Assembly (NCBI GenBank): GCA_052426225.1
Contig: JBNJNM010000015.1
Span: forward strand, 744,001 to 808,000
DNA: 64,000 nucleotides
Reading direction: 5' to 3'
DNA from: Zancudomyces culisetae HAW-14-8
Taxonomy: Eukaryota > Fungi > Kickxellomycota
Positions 59,575 to 64,000 of the stretch are shown here, piece by piece. The translations under genes and the position numbers were made by a program. Positions within the stretch are counted from its first letter, which is position 1. Every line of letters starts with the position of its first letter. The notes below the pieces were generated by a model, which was not told the origin of the DNA, did no database searches, and saw nothing but the letters and a program-made list of their open reading frames with translations.

Positions 59575-62500
59575 CATGCAATAAAAATATTTTAAATTAT
59601 ATAATATAATTTATATTATATATAATTATAAATTAACTCGCTTTTCACTTTTAAATTACTCGAACATAATTGTTAAATTGCTTAGATTGAAGCACCCATT
59701 ATGGTATCAGCCATATTTAGTTTAAACTAATAATTTAAAGAGTAGTATACGATATTCCGTATAATAATACATTATAAATTATTTATATAAATGATATGTA
59801 ATTAAAAATGTTCATATTATGATAGATATGATATATTTTTATATGAAATTAATGATTTTGCTATAACGGTATATTAATATAATTAAATATGTTGTTTTAT
59901 AAACGAATTATAATTTATTTATGTATGATATATATCATATCAATACAAATTATCGGTGTTGTGTTAATATATTTTACATACATATATAGGTATAATAATA
60001 ATTTTTATATTTTAAATACCATACTCGATTATATAATATTTATAATCCATTAATATCTATGATATTTTTATAAATAATTTAGAATCTAATAAGTATATTG
60101 TTTTAAATGTATTAAACCAATATTATGTATAAGTGCCAATAAAATTATATAATTTCCAATTACATGTAGTATATATAGTCAACTAATCATATATTTTTTA
60201 ATATACAAATTGTTTATAAAATATAATAATGGAGCCAATGTATCATTTTATATTATTGTGAATTGTCAATTTATACATTGATATATCATTATTACGGTTA
60301 TTTGATTATATAAAAATATAAATGGAATGTATTATAATGATATATATAATAATATTATAACTGTCATAATAAATAGTTCTATATCATATTAATTCAGTCA
60401 CATATACGTATATTAATTAAAATATGTATAATGTAGTAATAATTTACATATACGTTCATCATTTATATTCCAATCAGCAATGTTTAGTTTATGGTGCTAA
60501 TGTACCATCTTATATTTATATATCATGATCATAATGATCATATCATGATCATATCATTATCATTCAGATATATCATACATAAAATATATACATATAGTAA
60601 CATATACATCTTGTATAGATATTTTATTTAAATTAATAATATAAATTTATATATGACATATATATATGTATAAATGCTATCAAATTATACGATGGATTAT
60701 TGATGGTTAATATGACTTATGTACATTCCAGTAATATATTGTAATATATATATTTATATTATATCATGTAATGATACTTGACATTTATGTGTTTTATGGA
60801 CAAATATTATTTTTCAATATATATATATCATACTACATTATATACATATAATATATACTTAAATATTATTAATATATTTAATAATACATATCCATTGTTA
60901 TTAAAATAATATTAGTTATTGAAATTATAATTAGTATATAACTATACGAATATATATTAATATAGTCATATATCTATATATGATTTTATATAATTAAATT
61001 TAATTTGAAAAACTGCTCGAATTATAATATATTGTAACATAAGTATTAAGATATATATATATTATGTAATATAATATGCGAAATATATTTATATCTTTGT
61101 TATATGTTATATAAAATTTCATGGAATACATTGATTTTATACATCTAATATATATACATATAATAAATATATGTTCATAATGAATTTATTATATTTTAAT
61201 TATTAATATGATAATCAATGTTACATAATATATTATGTATATACATTTGATTAGTTCAATTACACTAAACATAATGATAGACTAAAATATATTAATATAC
61301 TATATATATGATAATATTGTATATTCATTATGACTAAAATGTATAATGTTTGTAAGTCAATTATTGTTATATTATACGTAATATAATGCAAATAATCATG
61401 TATATAAATTAAATTTATATAATAGCTTTAACAATATATAAAATTATATATTTACACATTTCTAGTATATATATGATTATATAATCTATATATAAAAAAT
61501 ATTTTATATAATGTTAGTATAAATATATTGATTATCATTAAGATTATTAACACAGATCATATATAAAATATATGTCCTCATATTACATTTATTTATTTTT
61601 ACCCGTAAATTCAAATAATTTGTGATTACATTTAATTTATCAATTTTTGCAACTATATAACTGCATTTATATATGTATATAATATGATAAATTTACATCT
61701 CAATTGAAGTAAATATTTCCACATTGTATTTATGTATATTATATATTTATTACAACTCATTCACAAACTTATAATTTATTATTAACGTATAATAATGTAT
61801 TTATATATAGACATACTTTTATAATAGTATAAATTGAAATGTTTTAAGTTCGTATACGCATATCATGTACGACAACATGTATTATATATATATATTTAAT
61901 TATTAGTAATTGGATAATGATACAACATTATTCGGTAATAGTTATTATAATGATTATATAATCAACATATTATTAAGAAAGAATATTGTCTAAGGGTATA
62001 GATATTTATACATATATTATATAATATTAAGCACATTATAATAATTATTTAGCGTCAGGGGATAATGCTACAATAAATCTATAATTAGTATAATGTTTTA
62101 TATATAACATGATATATACTACTTCGTAATCCATAACATACTTTACATAAAGTAAAATACATAATTTTGTGATATACAAATTAAAAATATGTATGATTCA
62201 TAAATATTTATAGTACTAAATATAAATATTATAATAAGTCTCATCAATATTTTATATTTAATAATAGTAAATATATGTATTATATATTATCAATTACAAT
62301 TTAATATTGATATCGTATAGCATATATTAAAATTACTATAATGTATATTTCGATATATATATAGCACATAATTGATATATTAGTTAATATATACAAAACT
62401 GTAATTATAATATATTGATAAAATATAATATATATATATAAACATGACCATGCCATTACGTGTAATGGATATATGTATATATATGTAATAATATTTTGCA

Positions 62501-63320
62501 TTATACATGTATATTAAGCATTCCATTATAAATATATATATTTATAATTATAATAAATAACTATATATAATTCGACTATAATACATAAAATTATTATATT
62601 AAGCTAATATAAATGTATACATAATGTTATATGCAATAATGCTATATAATATCGAATAATGATATTAGATATATATACACATGATTAATTATACATAAAT
62701 ATATTGATTTATTTATTTATGAATCGGTAAAGAACATACATATACAATCAAATATATTATCGTATATCAATGCAATATATGTCAAACCATTTTACAATTA
62801 GTGTAAGAAGAACATTATAAACAGTTAATAAGCTGTAATGTATATCAAATTAACGCTATATGGACGCTGTTGTCCAGCATAGCATTCATTCTAATAAAAG
62901 TAAAATCAAATTGGATGATAATACAGGTGTTATGATTTATCATGCCGTTAGATATTAAATTCACATGTAGTATTATATTACCTATTTGCTGCGCAAAAAT
63001 CATTTAATCATTTTGGTAAATACATTATGTTGATTGCGCAGATATATATGAAAATTATAAACGTGTTATATTCGACAATTTGCTACGCAAATACATGTTT
63101 TACATGACTAATCGTATGCTATGTAATCATTCATATATACAAACAATCATGATATATTATTTAGCAATATAAGTTATTCTGATTTGTTGTCGTCTTGATA
63201 AATTATAATTGCCATAATATCAATTAATGATATAATTCAGAAATTTTCATCACAATATATATACTAAATATATAATTAATGATTATATTATATAATATAC
63301 TAAGTGTCCATTCCTGACAT
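59575..63320. other. extremely AT-rich, TA-dinucleotide-rich low-complexity block
   Basis: Almost no G/C runs, no credible ORF, no periodic unit seen. Confidence 0.8.
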
Positions 63321-63329
63321 CTTAATAAT

Positions 63330-64000
63330 AATCTGCTACATCGATGCAAAAGATAAAATACATGGATTAGATGAAGTGCTAGAATGTCTACTATTTATTT
63401 GCTTTAAATGATTTATTAGCTGTTGCAAATAAATAAACCTTTTAGACCGAAACGAGCCATGTAATTATTGCAAAAATGTTATTATTCCAAAATTTAATGC
63501 CACGTGAATACTGATATAATGGCGGGTAATTTGCTCCGACAAAACTATAAATATTGATTTGGTTATGATGGAAATGAATGGACTTGGGTTCGTGATATTG
63601 TGAGTCTACAGCCGCACAATATTAACCAGACTGTAATACACGATGGAAGGTCATTGATGATTTTGGGGATGCAACACAGCATTTAGAATTTACTACATGT
63701 GCCTAATAAATGATATGTAAACAATGCAAGGTATTTATTCAAATTAAAAGCCAATCATAGCATTACAATAATGTACTACTATTTGTATCCCATGTCATTT
63801 ACATTACTACATACTATGATCCTAAACATATCGCGAAGTTAGTTCCAGCTGGCTTGAACAAGGAATGATACATTGAACTGGCCACCAATATCGCCAGACT
63901 TAAACCCAATCGAAACTATATGGGCAATCATCAAAAGACGCCTAAATAGATACAGTAAAATTTTGTCCGGGATGATCGAATTATGTATGCAAATATAAAT
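63330..64000 (+). mobile_element. Tc1-a-family transposase fragment, indel-ridden, runs off window
   Basis: Colinear with 53295-53661, then continues to D.KH and WPPISPDLNPIE..W. Confidence 0.85.

Noticed and set aside
62301-62501. 66-aa I/Y-rich ORF
   Set aside because: Compositional artefact of the AT-rich block

Overview
AT-rich eukaryotic DNA with spliceosomal introns. The gene set and style suggest an early-diverging fungus, possibly Kickxellomycotina/Harpellales-like; that assignment is inference. The left ~39 kb is gene-sparse. It holds an ABCG half-transporter running off the left edge, a 5-exon mitochondrial lipoyl synthase, a bZIP and a homeodomain transcription factor, and an intronless type III glutamine synthetase. 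These are followed by four consecutive secreted proteins: a Pro/Ser/Cys repeat protein, a subtilisin, a small pre-pro protein with a cationic beta/gamma-crystallin-like domain, and a GPI-type trypsin homologue lacking all three catalytic residues. From ~39.6 kb the window is a nested transposon pile that can be ordered from its junctions. An old DIRS element (C) is followed by LINE-1, which is split by a solo LTR. DIRS-B sits in that LTR, and DIRS-A appears to sit in the tip of DIRS-B's right ITR. Further right are two Tc1/mariner elements, a second LINE, ~3.7 kb of extremely AT-rich low-information DNA and a further Tc1 fragment. The most interesting signals are the DIRS-into-DIRS terminal targeting, a recombination core shared by three DIRS families, a conserved gag-pol shift site, a long overprinted ORF, and the crystallin-like cationic secreted protein.
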